A stretch of DNA of 64,000 nt, from positions 62,001 to 126,000 of the forward strand of contig KZ537977.1 in assembly GCA_000934665.2 (NCBI GenBank), written 5' to 3'. This DNA comes from Catajapyx aquilonaris. Lineage: Eukaryota. Both the position numbers and the translations under genes were made by a program. A model generated the notes under the pieces. It did no database searches. It was not told the DNA's origin and worked only from the letters and a program-made list of their open reading frames with translations. This document shows positions 63,538 to 64,000 of this stretch, piece after piece (within the stretch, counting starts at the first letter, position 1; every line of letters starts with the position of its first letter).

Positions 63538-64000
63538 GTGCCATCATCCAGCAGCAGGTAGATGCCCGAAGCCAATCTTGTGACGGAGATGGTGGCCCCG
63601 GATCGGATTTTTTTGTGAACTGTACCTTGACACGACGCCATTCTTATACGGAGGCATTTCAGAAGCTTTGCTTGACACTTTCGACTGCCGGGGATCTTTC
63701 TCGCTCAGTGCGACAGAAGGCAATGTGTCTTGCAAGGACCGCAAGTTAGACCGGGCAATTATTACTTAAGAAATAGAAATATTAATTGCCAATGACATGT
63801 ACAGTACCCACATCATAACTTCTCAAAAAAGGGATTAGAACACCTACTCCATGCGCATGCTGTAAATTTTGAATAATTACAATAAACTGAATATTAGGCA
63901 ATTATTAGCTTAAATGAGCGGAAGAACTTCATTTGTTACCTGCACAAATATGCAGTTGCTGTAACACAATGGGTTTCAGTAGATATTGAGTACGTTCACG

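Larger units (their letters stand above)
58143..64000 (+). other. Intron 3, interrupting the SAM domain and apparently running past the window end
   Basis: GTGAGT donor in the middle of the SAM domain. The expected continuation (F-x-x-x-x-I-D-G-x-x-L-x-x-L) was not found by eye in 58143-64000. Confidence 0.7.

Noticed and set aside
63348..63749. ORF with poly-Ser/Pro as a possible next exon
   Set aside because: The Ser run derives from the (CTT)n microsatellite and the ORF lacks the expected SAM continuation.

Overview
Eukaryotic, most likely arthropod, genomic DNA that is about 98% non-coding. Only one protein-coding gene is supportable: a + strand, multi-exon SAM-domain corepressor resembling the insect Samuel/Moses family (family call from recalled motifs, not a search). 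Three phase-compatible coding exons (37824-37875, 54008-54560, 57398-58142) splice to 1350 nt / 450 codons with no stop. They carry a phospho-dependent SUMO motif (IKAERFSP), a basic cluster, an NYSDFMRSLAAKYNN block, poly-Ala, a PLDLS CtBP-binding motif and the first part of a SAM domain; the rest of the SAM appears to lie beyond the window. The upstream 37 kb and the long introns contain a Tc1/mariner-type MITE and a 28-bp ends-only relative, a 125-bp near-perfect hairpin, two minisatellites (one with five TATCGATA/DRE copies), an old inverted-repeat pair, and apparently enriched nuclear-receptor (AGGTCA/DR1), Hox/Exd and octamer motifs. No rRNA, tRNA, CRISPR or intact transposase was seen, and nearly all listed ORFs look like noise. 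I found no clearly novel system; the best leads are regulatory or splicing-related. All motif counts are manual and approximate.
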